Assembly (NCBI RefSeq): GCF_009557235.1
Contig: NZ_CP045650.1
Span: 2,550,001 to 2,582,000 of the forward strand
Reading direction: 5' to 3'
Length of the DNA stretch: 32,000 nucleotides
Origin: Acinetobacter wanghuae
Lineage (GTDB): Bacteria > Pseudomonadota > Gammaproteobacteria > Pseudomonadales > Moraxellaceae
Shown: piece by piece, positions 10,123-19,769 of the stretch
Layout of the letters: the number at the start of each line of letters is the position of its first letter
Position numbering within the stretch: the stretch's first letter is position 1
Translations under genes and position numbers: made by a program
Notes under the pieces: generated by a model
Databases searched by the model: none
Told to the model about the DNA's origin: nothing
What the model saw: the letters and a program-made list of their open reading frames with translations, nothing else

Positions 10123-11207
10123 AGTGTCTCTTGAGAAGGAATTAACCTAAAGCGAACGTCATCACCAAACTGAGTGACATCGTGGAGCTTAAATCGAAGT
10201 TGTTCTGCCATCTGGCTAAATGCTGCATTAAACATGCTACGCGCAGTTTGACCCAATAGTGTCGGTGCGACATAACTGATCAGTTCATCAACCAAATGTT
10301 CTTGTAAAAATGCAGTAGATAAAGTCGCCCCAGCTTCAACCAATACATCATAAATCTGATGTTGCTGAACCAGCTGTTGCAATAATTCTTTTAGAGGCTG
10401 TACTGGTAATTGTAACACACCCAAGTCCGCGAGCTCTTGACGAAATGGTCCCATGACCATAAGCGTTGTAGGATCTTGTAAGATTTTTGCAGTCAATGGC
10501 AAACGACCTTGACGATCCAAAACAACACGTTTCGGCTGTACGATCTTTTCAATATCTGCAACCGTATCAAGCTGACGCACATTGAGCTGGCAATCATCAG
10601 CTAAAACAGTGTCAACACCCGTAATCACAGCACCGGAAATTGCTCGCCAATGCTGAACATCTTGACGTGCTTGAGATCCTGTAATCCATTTTGACTCACC
10701 CGATGCCATTGCCGTTCGACCATCTAAACTTGAGGCAATTTTAAGCCGTACATATGGCATACCGGTTGCCATCGCTTTTAAGAAACCAACATTCAACGCA
10801 TGTGCTTGTTCTTGGCAAATACCGAGGTCAACGTCAATACCTGCATCACGAAGAATATTTACACCCTTTCCTGCGACCAATGGATTTGGATCAGGACACG
10901 CCACCACAACCCGAGCAACCCCTGCTGCAACTAAACCTTTAGCACATGGCGGTGTACGACCATAATGCGCACAGGGTTCTAACGTGACATAAGCCGTTGC
11001 ACCACGCGCAGACTCCCCTGCTTGGCGTAGTGCAAACACTTCCGCATGTGGTTGCCCTGCTTGAGGATGAAAACCTTCACCCACAACATGACCATCTTTT
11101 ACAATGACACAGCCAACATTTGGATTAGGTCGTGTTGAATATTGCCCTTGCTGTGCTAGCTCAATAGCACACAACATCCATATTTGGTCTTGATTCAATT
11201 CAGGCAT
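10119..11207 (-). CDS. ribD: Bifunctional diaminohydroxyphosphoribosylaminopyrimidine deaminase / 5-amino-6-(5-phosphoribosylamino)uracil reductase
   Basis: 362 aa with the deaminase zinc motif HAEVFAL...TLEPCAHYGRTPPC, followed by a reductase domain. It begins 2 nt after nrdR. Confidence 0.93.
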   Translation of the reverse strand: MPELNQDQIWMLCAIELAQQGQYSTRPNPNVGCVIVKDGHVVGEGFHPQAGQPHAEVFALRQAGESARGATAYVTLEPCAHYGRTPPCAKGLVAAGVARVVVACPDPNPLVAGKGVNILRDAGIDVDLGICQEQAHALNVGFLKAMATGMPYVRLKIASSLDGRTAMASGESKWITGSQARQDVQHWRAISGAVITGVDTVLADDCQLNVRQLDTVADIEKIVQPKRVVLDRQGRLPLTAKILQDPTTLMVMGPFRQELADLGVLQLPVQPLKELLQQLVQQHQIYDVLVEAGATLSTAFLQEHLVDELISYVAPTLLGQTARSMFNAAFSQMAEQLRFKLHDVTQFGDDVRFRLIPSQETL

Positions 11208-11209
11208 AT

Positions 11210-11674
11210 TTATTCTTGTAAATCGCGTTGTTGCATTTGTTCAATTTGATGACGAAAAGCTTCAACATCTTGGAAATCTTGATACACCGAAGCAAAACGC
11301 ACATAAGCCACATGGTCGAGTGCAAATAAGGATTGCATGACAATCTCACCAATCATACGAGATTTCACGTCACGCTCGCCTAAACGACGGATTTGCAGTT
11401 GAATATCGCTCAATACGGTTTCAATTTGTTCTTGGGTAACTGGACGCTTTTGTAAGGCGTGCATGAGTGAGCGGCGTAATTTCGCTTCATCAAAAGGCTC
11501 GTTTTTACCATCGGATTTAATCACGCGTGGCATGACCACTTCATAACTTTCAAAGGTGGTAAAACGCTCATTACAACCAATACATTCACGACGACGACGG
11601 ATTTGGCAGCCTTCAGCAGCCAAGCGCGAATCAATAACTTTACTGTCTGCAGTGTTGCAAAATGGGCAGTGCAT
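11210..11674 (-). CDS. nrdR: Transcriptional repressor NrdR
   Basis: 154 aa starting [18 protein letters not shown]...[12 protein letters not shown] (zinc ribbon), followed by an ATP-cone. nrdR-ribD synteny is conserved. Confidence 0.95.
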   Translation of the reverse strand: MHCPFCNTADSKVIDSRLAAEGCQIRRRRECIGCNERFTTFESYEVVMPRVIKSDGKNEPFDEAKLRRSLMHALQKRPVTQEQIETVLSDIQLQIRRLGERDVKSRMIGEIVMQSLFALDHVAYVRFASVYQDFQDVEAFRHQIEQMQQRDLQE

Positions 11675-11754
11675 AGCGGTTTAATTGAACAAATCTAGAC
11701 GATTTCCGAGTGTAGCAAAAATTCCAAACTTTGTAGAGTGTTACGCAACATATA

Positions 11755-11784
11755 GAAAAAAAACAGCCCCGAAGGGCTGTTTTA
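11755..11784 (-). terminator. Rho-independent terminator downstream of amtB
   Basis: The minus strand reads ACAGCCC-TTCG-GGGCTGT followed by T8. It lies 30 nt after the amtB stop. Confidence 0.85.
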
Positions 11785-11813
11785 CACAATATATTGATTA
11801 TTTGATTATCATA

Positions 11814-13226
11814 TTATTCGACACGTTCGCCATGTTGACTTAAATCTAGACCCATACGTTCGTCATCTGACTCAACACGAATACCAATCACTAGATCAAT
11901 CACCTTTAAGATAATGAAGGTTAGGATTGCAGAGTAAGCGATGGTTGCAAGTACACCCTCTAATTGAATCCAAAGTTGATGGAGTACATTGGTTGGCGCA
12001 TCATCACCCATAATGAATGAGCTTGCGAATACAGCAGTTAAAAGCGCACCGACAATACCACCGACACCATGTAGACCAAAGGCATCCAAAGAATCATCTG
12101 CTTTCAAGGCACGTTTCAGACCTGTAATCCCCCAGAAGCAAACCACGCCACCAATCAAGCCCATAGCCAAAGCACCACCGACAGTAACAAAGCCTGCTGC
12201 AGGTGTAATCACAACAAGACCTGCCACTGCACCAGATGCAGCACCAAGTACAGAACCTTTACCACGTGCTATTTTTTCAGTAATTAACCATGAGATTGCT
12301 GCGGCTGCAGCTGCAACTTGAGTCACAACAAGTGCATAACCTGCTGAACCATTCGCACCCAATGCTGAACCACCATTAAAACCAAACCAACCGACCCAAA
12401 TTAAGCTTGCACCGACAACAGTTAATGCAAGGTTATGTGGCGCCATTGATTCACGGCCAAGCCCCATACGTTTGCCGAGCATATATGCAGCAACTAAACC
12501 TGCCACACCTGAGTTAATGTGAACAACTGTACCGCCCGCAAAATCAAGTGCACCGTCATTACCTAACCAGCCACCACCCCATACCCAGTGGGTAATTGGT
12601 GCATAAACCACAATTACCCAAATCGTGATAAAGGCAACAAATGCACCGAATTTCATACGTTCTGCAATTGAACCGCTAATGATGGCAACGGTAATAATGG
12701 CGAAGGTCATTTGGAAAATAACAAAGAGAATTTCAGGAATCGTACCTGAGAGTGCATCTGTGGTAATACCTGACAACATAAATTTGTCTAAGCTACCAAT
12801 AAAGGCATTGCCTTCACCAAATGCCAAGGTATAACCAATCACAACCCAAACTAGACTCACCACAGCTGCAGCAACAAAGCTATGCGCCATGGTACTTAAT
12901 ACGTTTTTCTTACGTACCATACCGCCATAGAAAAGTGCTAAACCAGGAATAGTCATGAGTAAAACAAGCGCGGTTGATACCAAAATCCATGCGGTATCAC
13001 CTGTATCTAATGTTGCTTCTTCTGCAGCGATGGCTTCAGCCACAACTGGTTCAGCAAGTGCTTCTGCAGCCACTGCTTCTGTATCTGAGGTTGATAATTC
13101 TTCTGTTACATCTAAAACAGCAATTTCTTCAGTAGGAGCAGTTGCTGTTACAGCTTCTTCAGCCCAAGTAACAGAACCGCCCAAGAGTGCGCTAGACAAA
13201 CCTAACGCGAGTAGCATCTTTTTCAT
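11814..13226 (-). CDS. amtB: Ammonium transporter (Amt family) with signal peptide and acidic N-terminal extension
   Basis: 470 aa with Amt core motifs (DFAGGTVVHINSGVAGL, FGLHGVGGIVGALLT). It lies directly downstream of glnK. GGGGGA ribosome-binding site before the ATG at 13226. Confidence 0.92.
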   Translation of the reverse strand: MKKMLLALGLSSALLGGSVTWAEEAVTATAPTEEIAVLDVTEELSTSDTEAVAAEALAEPVVAEAIAAEEATLDTGDTAWILVSTALVLLMTIPGLALFYGGMVRKKNVLSTMAHSFVAAAVVSLVWVVIGYTLAFGEGNAFIGSLDKFMLSGITTDALSGTIPEILFVIFQMTFAIITVAIISGSIAERMKFGAFVAFITIWVIVVYAPITHWVWGGGWLGNDGALDFAGGTVVHINSGVAGLVAAYMLGKRMGLGRESMAPHNLALTVVGASLIWVGWFGFNGGSALGANGSAGYALVVTQVAAAAAAISWLITEKIARGKGSVLGAASGAVAGLVVITPAAGFVTVGGALAMGLIGGVVCFWGITGLKRALKADDSLDAFGLHGVGGIVGALLTAVFASSFIMGDDAPTNVLHQLWIQLEGVLATIAYSAILTFIILKVIDLVIGIRVESDDERMGLDLSQHGERVE

Positions 13227-13285
13227 TCGTATCCCCCAACCAAGTTTTTGTGAGTTATTCGCTACTCAGCAAACTTCATGCCAAA

Positions 13286-13645
<360 letters not shown>

Positions 13646-13663
13646 TCACCAGTAAGGTTTTAT

Positions 13664-13680
13664 GTTCAAATTTCATGCCA
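13664..13680 (-). promoter_or_regulatory. Sigma54-like -24/-12 element upstream of glnK-amtB
   Basis: The minus strand reads TGGCATGAAATTTGAAC, against the consensus TGGCACG-N4-TTGCW. The GG and TTG are correctly spaced, but the -12 GC is GA. It ends about 40 nt before the glnK ATG. Confidence 0.3.
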
Positions 13681-13900
13681 AGATTCCCAAGGTCGGGGGA
13701 AATTAGAAAGCTCGACATGTCGTTTCTTTATACCTTATTTTATACTGATAAATTCTTTCAAACTAAAAAATATGCGCTTTTTTTATGTCGGTATTATCAA
13801 TATAACTCATCGGTTAAATCCATATTTTCACTAAAATACTATGGGCGTTAGCGCTGCAATGCTACACTATTGGCTTATTTTCATCGTTGTGGACAACCTC

Positions 13901-14128
13901 ATGATCGAAACTTTATTACAAGCCATATTGCAACAGGTCGAGCAACCCAAAAAAGATCTTGAACATAATCTTCGTGCCTTATTAAACGAAGCAGTCACAA
14001 AAATGGATTTGGTGTCTAAAGATGAATTAGCACGTCAACAAATTGCACTGAATAACGCCAATATTCGTTTGAATGATCTACTTCAACAAGTCAGCGAACT
14101 TGAACAACGCATTTTGAACAAAAAATAA
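13901..14128 (+). CDS. ubiK: Ubiquinone biosynthesis accessory factor UbiK (YqiC/BMFP family)
   Basis: The internal ATG at 13901 of ORF 13841..14128 gives a 75-aa coiled-coil protein, MIETLLQAILQQVE...DLVSKDELARQQIAL...LEQRI, which resembles E. coli YqiC/UbiK. The first 20 codons of the track ORF look like non-coding extension. Confidence 0.7.
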   Translation: MIETLLQAILQQVEQPKKDLEHNLRALLNEAVTKMDLVSKDELARQQIALNNANIRLNDLLQQVSELEQRILNKK

Positions 14129-14193
14129 GCACACTAAAAGTGCATAAAAGACCATAACCCAATAAAAATAATGCACCATAACGGAACAATAAA

Positions 14194-15687
14194 ATGTCTT
14201 TTGCCAAAATTCACACCCGAGGTTTACTCGGGTTACATGCCCCACTGATTGAAGTTGAAGTGCATGTCAGTCAAGGTATGCCTTCACTTACCATTGTCGG
14301 TTTAGCCGAAGCTGCTGTTCGTGAAAGTAAAGATCGAGTTCGCTCTGCCATTTTAAACAGTGGTTTTCAATTTCCGACCAAACGTTTAACCATTAATTTA
14401 GCCCCTGCCGACCTCCCCAAAGATGGTTCAAGACTCGATTTACCAATTGCACTAGGAATATTGATTGCAACGGGTCAATTGCCTGAGCATTGTACTGATG
14501 GTTTAGAGTTTGTTGGTGAATTGGCTTTAGATGGTCAACTTCGTCCTGTCACAGGTGTACTCAGTATCGCGATTGCCTGTCAGCAACAACAGCACACCTT
14601 AATTCTACCAAGTCCCAATGCTCAAGAAGCCTGCCAACTGCCTAACTTCCAAGTCTTTGGTGCCAACCATTTAAAAGAAGTCTGTGAACATTTGGCGGAA
14701 TCTAAAAAATTACCGCAATTTCAGCCGCAAGAAGCGATGACTGAACAACAGTACAAATATGATTTAGCCGATGTGAAAGGTCAATTACGCCCAAGACGTG
14801 CATTAGAAATTGCTGCCGCAGGTGGGCATTCTTTATTGTTTAAGGGGCCTCCGGGCACAGGCAAAACCCTGCTTGCTTCACGATTAGCCAGTATTTTGCC
14901 ACCACTCAACACGCAAGAAAACTTAGAAGTTGCCAGTATTTATTCTATTGCCAATGCTCAGCATCCGTTCGGACAACGCCCCTTTCGGGCACCACATCAC
15001 ACTGCATCTGCGATTGCTTTAGTGGGTGGAGGATCACATCCGAAACCGGGTGAAATTACCTTGGCACATTTAGGTGTTTTATTTTTGGATGAGCTGCCAG
15101 AGTTTGATCGTAAAGTATTAGAAGTTCTGAGACAGCCACTTGAGTCTAAAGAGATCGTGATTTCACGCGCTTCACGGCAAATCACCTTTCCTGCCAATTT
15201 TCAATTGATTGCAGCCATGAACCCCTGTCCTTGTGGCTATGCTTTTAACAATGATGTGCGTTGCCAATGTTCACCTGAGATGATCAAGCGATATCAAAGC
15301 CGAATTTCTGGCCCGCTCTTGGATCGAATAGATTTGCACATTGACGTACCGCCCTTAGCGGCAAAAGAGCTACAGAACAGCCAAGCCGTTGAAAATTCAG
15401 CGACTGTTCGTGAACGTGTGATTACAGCTTATGAACGACAAATGAAGCGGCAGAATGCGTTAAACATGAGTTTAAGTCCAAAACAGCTTGAGCAATATGC
15501 CCTCCTTGATGACACAACGACTCTCATGTTTGAAATGGCACAGCAAAAATTAGACTTATCAGCACGTGCATACCATCGGGTATTGCGTGTGGCACGGACC
15601 ATTGCCGATTTAGCACAGAGTCCAGATATTCAAAGTGTACATTTATCAGAAGCACTTTCGTATCGAAGTCAAATATCGCAGCTATAA
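14194..15687 (+). CDS. comM: YifB/ComM family Mg-chelatase-like AAA+ ATPase (competence protein ComM)
   Basis: 497 aa with an N-terminal Lon-protease-like domain, Walker A GPPGTGKT, LFLDELPEF, and a zinc-finger-like insertion CPCGY...C.C. Confidence 0.9.
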   Translation: MSFAKIHTRGLLGLHAPLIEVEVHVSQGMPSLTIVGLAEAAVRESKDRVRSAILNSGFQFPTKRLTINLAPADLPKDGSRLDLPIALGILIATGQLPEHCTDGLEFVGELALDGQLRPVTGVLSIAIACQQQQHTLILPSPNAQEACQLPNFQVFGANHLKEVCEHLAESKKLPQFQPQEAMTEQQYKYDLADVKGQLRPRRALEIAAAGGHSLLFKGPPGTGKTLLASRLASILPPLNTQENLEVASIYSIANAQHPFGQRPFRAPHHTASAIALVGGGSHPKPGEITLAHLGVLFLDELPEFDRKVLEVLRQPLESKEIVISRASRQITFPANFQLIAAMNPCPCGYAFNNDVRCQCSPEMIKRYQSRISGPLLDRIDLHIDVPPLAAKELQNSQAVENSATVRERVITAYERQMKRQNALNMSLSPKQLEQYALLDDTTTLMFEMAQQKLDLSARAYHRVLRVARTIADLAQSPDIQSVHLSEALSYRSQISQL

Positions 15688-15716
15688 AAAAAGCGACCGA
15701 ATGGTCGCCTTTTTCA
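15686..15716. terminator. Bidirectional terminator between convergent comM and the outer-membrane protein gene
   Basis: AAAAAA-GCGACC-GAAT-GGTCGC-CTTTTT. Confidence 0.85.
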
Positions 15717-15729
15717 AAGATACGTATTA

Positions 15730-16470
15730 TTAGAAGCTATATGCTAAACCTAGCACCGCTTTGTTTTTGAAATCTTCATCAAAACGACCATTCCCACCAA
15801 GAATATAATTGAAGCTTGCGGTTAAGCCTGTATCACCTAATGCTTTGCTTACACCCACGTCAAAATGGCGGAAGCTAAAACTTTCAGTTGAACCTTTAAC
15901 GAAATCTCCATTTTTCTCATAAGTATGTAAACCTAAAGCAGTGTCTAAACTAAAATCATTCGGTAAAGGATAGCTATAAGTGGCTTTAAAATAGGTATCG
16001 CCTGCATTCCCCCATATTGTATCTTCCAATAAGGTTTGAGCCGTCACACCAAAATCTTTGTAATTCAAACCCAATAAAAGTTCGAAGCCATTCGCATCAG
16101 ACGTATTAATGTCATAGTAATAATAATAAGTTGTACCTACAGTAAAACCTAGATCATCATTAAAGCTACCGTTATACCCAACATAGAAGTCGTGCTCCAT
16201 TGCATTAGATTGACCTGGATAAGCATCATCGCCATCAAGTGTAGACGTCCACCAACCTGCATATAAACCTGATGCATGGCTATAATCTAAACCACCTTGA
16301 ATCGTTAATTTATCGTTTTCAGGTAATGCTGTGTTACCGCGTAGGTTATAGCTTGAAAGTAAGCCAATATTTCCAGAGAAACTATGTTCAGATGCGACTT
16401 CATCTGCAAATGTTAACGGTGATGCCGATGCAACTGCTGCTAGAGCCAAAGCTTTCAGTTTAAATTTCAT
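15730..16470 (-). CDS. Small beta-barrel outer-membrane protein (TIGR02001/Gcw_chp-like), function unknown
   Basis: 246 aa with signal peptide MKFKLKALALAAVASASPLTFA, alternating beta-strand patterning rich in aromatic residues and Gly, and a C-terminal ...LGLAYSF. GGGGGAA ribosome-binding site. Confidence 0.75.
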   Translation of the reverse strand: MKFKLKALALAAVASASPLTFADEVASEHSFSGNIGLLSSYNLRGNTALPENDKLTIQGGLDYSHASGLYAGWWTSTLDGDDAYPGQSNAMEHDFYVGYNGSFNDDLGFTVGTTYYYYYDINTSDANGFELLLGLNYKDFGVTAQTLLEDTIWGNAGDTYFKATYSYPLPNDFSLDTALGLHTYEKNGDFVKGSTESFSFRHFDVGVSKALGDTGLTASFNYILGGNGRFDEDFKNKAVLGLAYSF

Positions 16471-17205
16471 TATTCGATTCCCCCGACCGTCCCAAGACGT
16501 TTTTTATGGTCATTTATAAAACTCATATAAGAGTTAGCAATTGCTGTGCCAAGAATCGAAAAACAACAATTATTACAAATTAATTTTGTTTTTTTATTTT
16601 TTAAGTTTTTGATTTTAAATAAATTTAAACTAGTTTTTAGTTTTTATGTCGTGTTGGATTTTATAGAAAATAGACTTCATCTCGTCGTATTTCCTTTACT
16701 ACATATTTGTTTACAACTTGCATCTTTATAAGTCTATTTTTTGTGAACTTTAAATTTTACGCTTAATTATAGTGCATAAAATTCACTCATACTGATAAGA
16801 TAACCTTTTTCAACTATCACTTAATAATCAAAAGTCCTAAAACTGGTTTTATATATTTAGTTTAAGCAGCCAATCCAGAGTAAATTTGATGTTAAGCACT
16901 GAAAATTTACCAAAGATGTGCTCTAATCTGACAAACCGTCGATTTCATCGAGTCGCCTTATTATCCAATTTTTAAAAAACTATAAACAAGCCCAACGCAT
17001 TTTAGAAATTGCAGGTCTTTGCTTTTTTTACCATTTTTTAAAATTTTGATAGCTCAAGCTATGTCCTTAAAGGATTTCCACAAATTTATATCAGAAATTC
17101 AGCATAACTTTAGTGGAATATACCCAATAAAAAATGACATTTTTTCAGCAATTCTTATACAATTCTTAAAAATTTTTGATCAATGTCTATAAGGCTTCTT
17201 CTCCA

Positions 17206-18522
17206 ATGCAAAACTCTAAAAAATTAACATTGGCAGTTTTAATCCAAGCTGCTTTAGTTTCATCTGTATATGCCAGCGAACAAAGTGAAGCAAAAGGCTT
17301 CGTTGAAGATGCCGAGGGTTCAGTATTATTCCGTACTGGTTTTCTAACACGTGATAAAAAAGACGGCAATGCTGATACTCGTTCAACTGCTCAGACGGCG
17401 ATTGTAAAACTTGAGTCTGGTTTCACTCAAGGTGTCGTTGGTTTTGGCGCGGGTATCATTGGTGATGCCTCATTTAAACTGGGCGATAACAAACATGCTG
17501 GTAACGGTATGATCCCACGTGAAGCTGGTTTTGATGCCAAAGGTGTATATAAAAAAGGTATCGGTGATACATATGATCATTGGGCGCGTGGTGGTGCGTT
17601 TGTGAAAGCACGTGTATCTAATACAACTGCTGTTTACGGTACACAAGTTCTCGATATTCCTGTGCTAGCATCTAATACTGCACGCCTAGTACCTGAATAT
17701 TTTGAAGGTTTATTGGTAACAAGCAATGAAATTGATAAGCTGACATTAACTGCGGGTAAATTCACTAAAAACCAATATTCTGATCAAATTAACTCAGATG
17801 GTAATAGCTTAGACCGTGCTGTGGTTTGGGGTGCAAAATACGACTTTAATGATCAATTAAATGCATCATATTACGGTACAGATGTTAAAGATAAATTAGA
17901 CCGTCATTTTGCAAATGTAAATTATACTCAAGCGTTAAAAAATGATTCATCCATGACTTTAGACTTCAGTGGCTATCATACTGAATTTGAAGAAGGCGCA
18001 GATACAGGTTCACATATCACTGACAACTTAGCTGATCGCAAAAATTCAATTTTTGCTGTATCGGGCACTTATAGCAAAGATGTTCATAATGTGATGCTTG
18101 CGTATCAACAAAATACGGGTAATACAGGCTATGACTATGGCTCCAATGCCGATGGTGCACAAAGTATTTATCTACCAAACTCATATCTTTCTGATTTTGT
18201 AGGCAATGATGAGAAATCTTTAGGTATACAGTACAACTACAACTTTAAAAACCATGGTGTTCCAGGTTTAAACTGGACTAGCGCATTTGTTTATGGTTGG
18301 GATATTAAAGCTGCGAAAGATGGTGCATTAATCAGCGACAATAACCAAGAGCGCGAATTCTTTAACCAAGTAAAATATACTGTTCAATCTGGTTTTGCAA
18401 AAGATGCGAGTTTACGTGTTCGTCATTCATACCTTCGTGGTAGCGATGATTACAACAGCGTATATATTGGTGATACCAATGAATGGCGTATCTGGTTAGA
18501 CATTCCTGTGAAATTATTCTAA
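17206..18522 (+). CDS. OprD (Occ) family outer-membrane porin
   Basis: The track ORF starts at TTG 17176. The ATG at 17206 gives signal peptide MQNSKKLTLAVLIQAALVSSVYA, followed by ...GFVEDAEGSVLFRTGFLTRDKKDG... and C-terminal ...EWRIWLDIPVKLF, all typical of OprD-family porins. Confidence 0.85.
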   Translation: MQNSKKLTLAVLIQAALVSSVYASEQSEAKGFVEDAEGSVLFRTGFLTRDKKDGNADTRSTAQTAIVKLESGFTQGVVGFGAGIIGDASFKLGDNKHAGNGMIPREAGFDAKGVYKKGIGDTYDHWARGGAFVKARVSNTTAVYGTQVLDIPVLASNTARLVPEYFEGLLVTSNEIDKLTLTAGKFTKNQYSDQINSDGNSLDRAVVWGAKYDFNDQLNASYYGTDVKDKLDRHFANVNYTQALKNDSSMTLDFSGYHTEFEEGADTGSHITDNLADRKNSIFAVSGTYSKDVHNVMLAYQQNTGNTGYDYGSNADGAQSIYLPNSYLSDFVGNDEKSLGIQYNYNFKNHGVPGLNWTSAFVYGWDIKAAKDGALISDNNQEREFFNQVKYTVQSGFAKDASLRVRHSYLRGSDDYNSVYIGDTNEWRIWLDIPVKLF

Positions 18523-18543
18523 TTCACTCGGATTTTAAGCCAT

Positions 18544-18576
18544 AAAAAAACCTGCACATTGTGCAGGTTTTTTTTA
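18544..18576. terminator. Bidirectional terminator between the convergent OprD-family porin gene and ppa
   Basis: AAAAAAA-CCTGCAC-ATT-GTGCAGG-TTTTTTTT. Confidence 0.88.
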
Positions 18577-18614
18577 TTTCTAGTCCTAAAACTAGAAAAA
18601 GATTCAAACAAAGA

Positions 18615-19151
18615 TTATTTGTTTGCTTCTTGATATGCAGCAATTGAGCTAAGCACTTCTTGTTTCGCAACGTCTGCACCTTCCCAACCACTTAATTTAA
18701 CCCATTTTCCAGGTTCCAAATCTTTGTAGTGTTGGAAGAAGTGTTCAATTTGACTGATCAACAACGGTGGAAGATCAGTATATTCTTGAATATCTTTGTA
18801 GATTGGTGTCAATTTGTCGTGTGGAACTGCAACTAATTTTGCATCAACACCACCGTCATCTTCCATGTTTAATTTACCGACAGGACGGCAACGAATCACT
18901 GAACCCGGTTCAACTGGATGTGGAGTCACAACCAATACGTCTAATGGGTCACCATCAAGAGACAAAGTATTTGGTACATAACCATAGTTCGCTGGGTAGA
19001 ACATTGCTGTACCCATGAAACGGTCTACGAATAATGCATCAGAATCTTTATCAATTTCGTATTTGATCGGTGCTGCGTTTGCAGGGATTTCGATAATGAC
19101 ATAGATGTCGTTTGGCGCATCTTTACCCGCTGGGATATTGCTGTAGCTCAT
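18615..19151 (-). CDS. ppa: Inorganic pyrophosphatase
   Basis: [23 protein letters not shown]...[23 protein letters not shown] matches family I PPase motifs. The ATG at 19151 is preferred over the TTG at 19169. Confidence 0.93.
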   Translation of the reverse strand: MSYSNIPAGKDAPNDIYVIIEIPANAAPIKYEIDKDSDALFVDRFMGTAMFYPANYGYVPNTLSLDGDPLDVLVVTPHPVEPGSVIRCRPVGKLNMEDDGGVDAKLVAVPHDKLTPIYKDIQEYTDLPPLLISQIEHFFQHYKDLEPGKWVKLSGWEGADVAKQEVLSSIAAYQEANK

Positions 19152-19179
19152 AGCATCACTCTTTAACAAGTTATATCTT

Positions 19180-19212
19180 TTAAAAACCGAGTTAATTATA
19201 ACGGTTTTTACA
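19180..19212 (-). terminator. Probable terminator downstream of the MAPEG gene
   Basis: AAAAACCG-12 nt-CGGTTTTT hairpin with a T-run on the minus strand. The stem is AT-rich and the loop is large, so it is weaker than the other terminators. Confidence 0.45.
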
Positions 19213-19266
19213 GATTTTTTTGGGTTTTAAAATATTGAACGGTAAATATGTCGACCATTGGTCTAT

Positions 19267-19671
19267 TCAGAGGGAAAGAATACGAATGATGAGTAACAAT
19301 AAAGTCACTGGACATAAGATGGAGAGTAACCAAACAATTGAGCGTAAAGTTGCCCAATTAGCTAAATAACAAATGCCATATAGCACGCGAAAGACCAAAT
19401 AAGCGATACCAAAAGTCATGACTAAACTTTGAGGAAGTACTAAATATTCAGCCATTAAAACGGCAGCAATAAAAAGCGGTAAACTTTCAAAACTGTTTTG
19501 CTGAACTGCGTGGGCACGACTGGCAAGACCCGTTGATTTTGCTAAAAATTCACGTGGATTTTGATTATCTCGGGCGCGAAAACCTGCGGCTTTTTTTGCA
19601 ATTATCGTAAAGACATAGGGCAATAGACAAGCTGCTAAAATCAGGTAAATCACGCCATTAATGCTATGCAT
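19267..19671 (-). CDS. MAPEG family membrane protein
   Basis: 134 aa with four predicted TM segments and the pattern ...NQNPREF...RAHAVQQNSFESLPLF..., typical of bacterial MAPEG proteins. Confidence 0.7.
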   Translation of the reverse strand: MHSINGVIYLILAACLLPYVFTIIAKKAAGFRARDNQNPREFLAKSTGLASRAHAVQQNSFESLPLFIAAVLMAEYLVLPQSLVMTFGIAYLVFRVLYGICYLANWATLRSIVWLLSILCPVTLLLLIIRILSL

Positions 19672-19769
19672 CTATTTTTCTCATGACAATTTTATGCCTA
19701 TCATAACATGGCAATTTGTGAATAAATTTTGTTAAATAGGGTGTTTTTATTAATGCTTAAGGATTTCTA

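Noticed and set aside
11675-11813. An FMN riboswitch upstream of the riboflavin genes.
   Set aside because: The rib genes here follow nrdR with gaps of 2 nt or less. The only upstream spacer contains the amtB terminator and no FMN-element core sequences that I can recognise.
14194-15687. comM is the classical insertion hot-spot for AbaR-type resistance islands in A. baumannii, so I checked it for interruption.
   Set aside because: The ORF is uninterrupted (497 aa, Walker A GPPGTGKT intact). It is flanked by ordinary genes and a normal terminator. There are no transposon ends or foreign genes.
16546-16975. Small ORFs in the AT-rich spacer: a 61-aa ORF at 16546..16731 and a 28-aa ORF at 16889..16975.
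   Set aside because: The 61-aa product is an F/L/I/K-rich translation of T-tract DNA. Neither ORF has a convincing Shine-Dalgarno sequence. They are kept only as a note within the spacer finding.
16833-18593. A 12-nt direct repeat AGTCCTAAAACT (16833..16844 and 18582..18593) brackets the OprD-family porin gene. This could be read as target-site duplication or cassette boundaries.
   Set aside because: In 32 kb of AT-rich DNA, tens of coincidental 12-mer matches are expected. No terminal inverted repeats, transposase or integrase are present, and I noticed no compositional break. The second copy is also explained as part of a small CTAGT...ACTAG hairpin.
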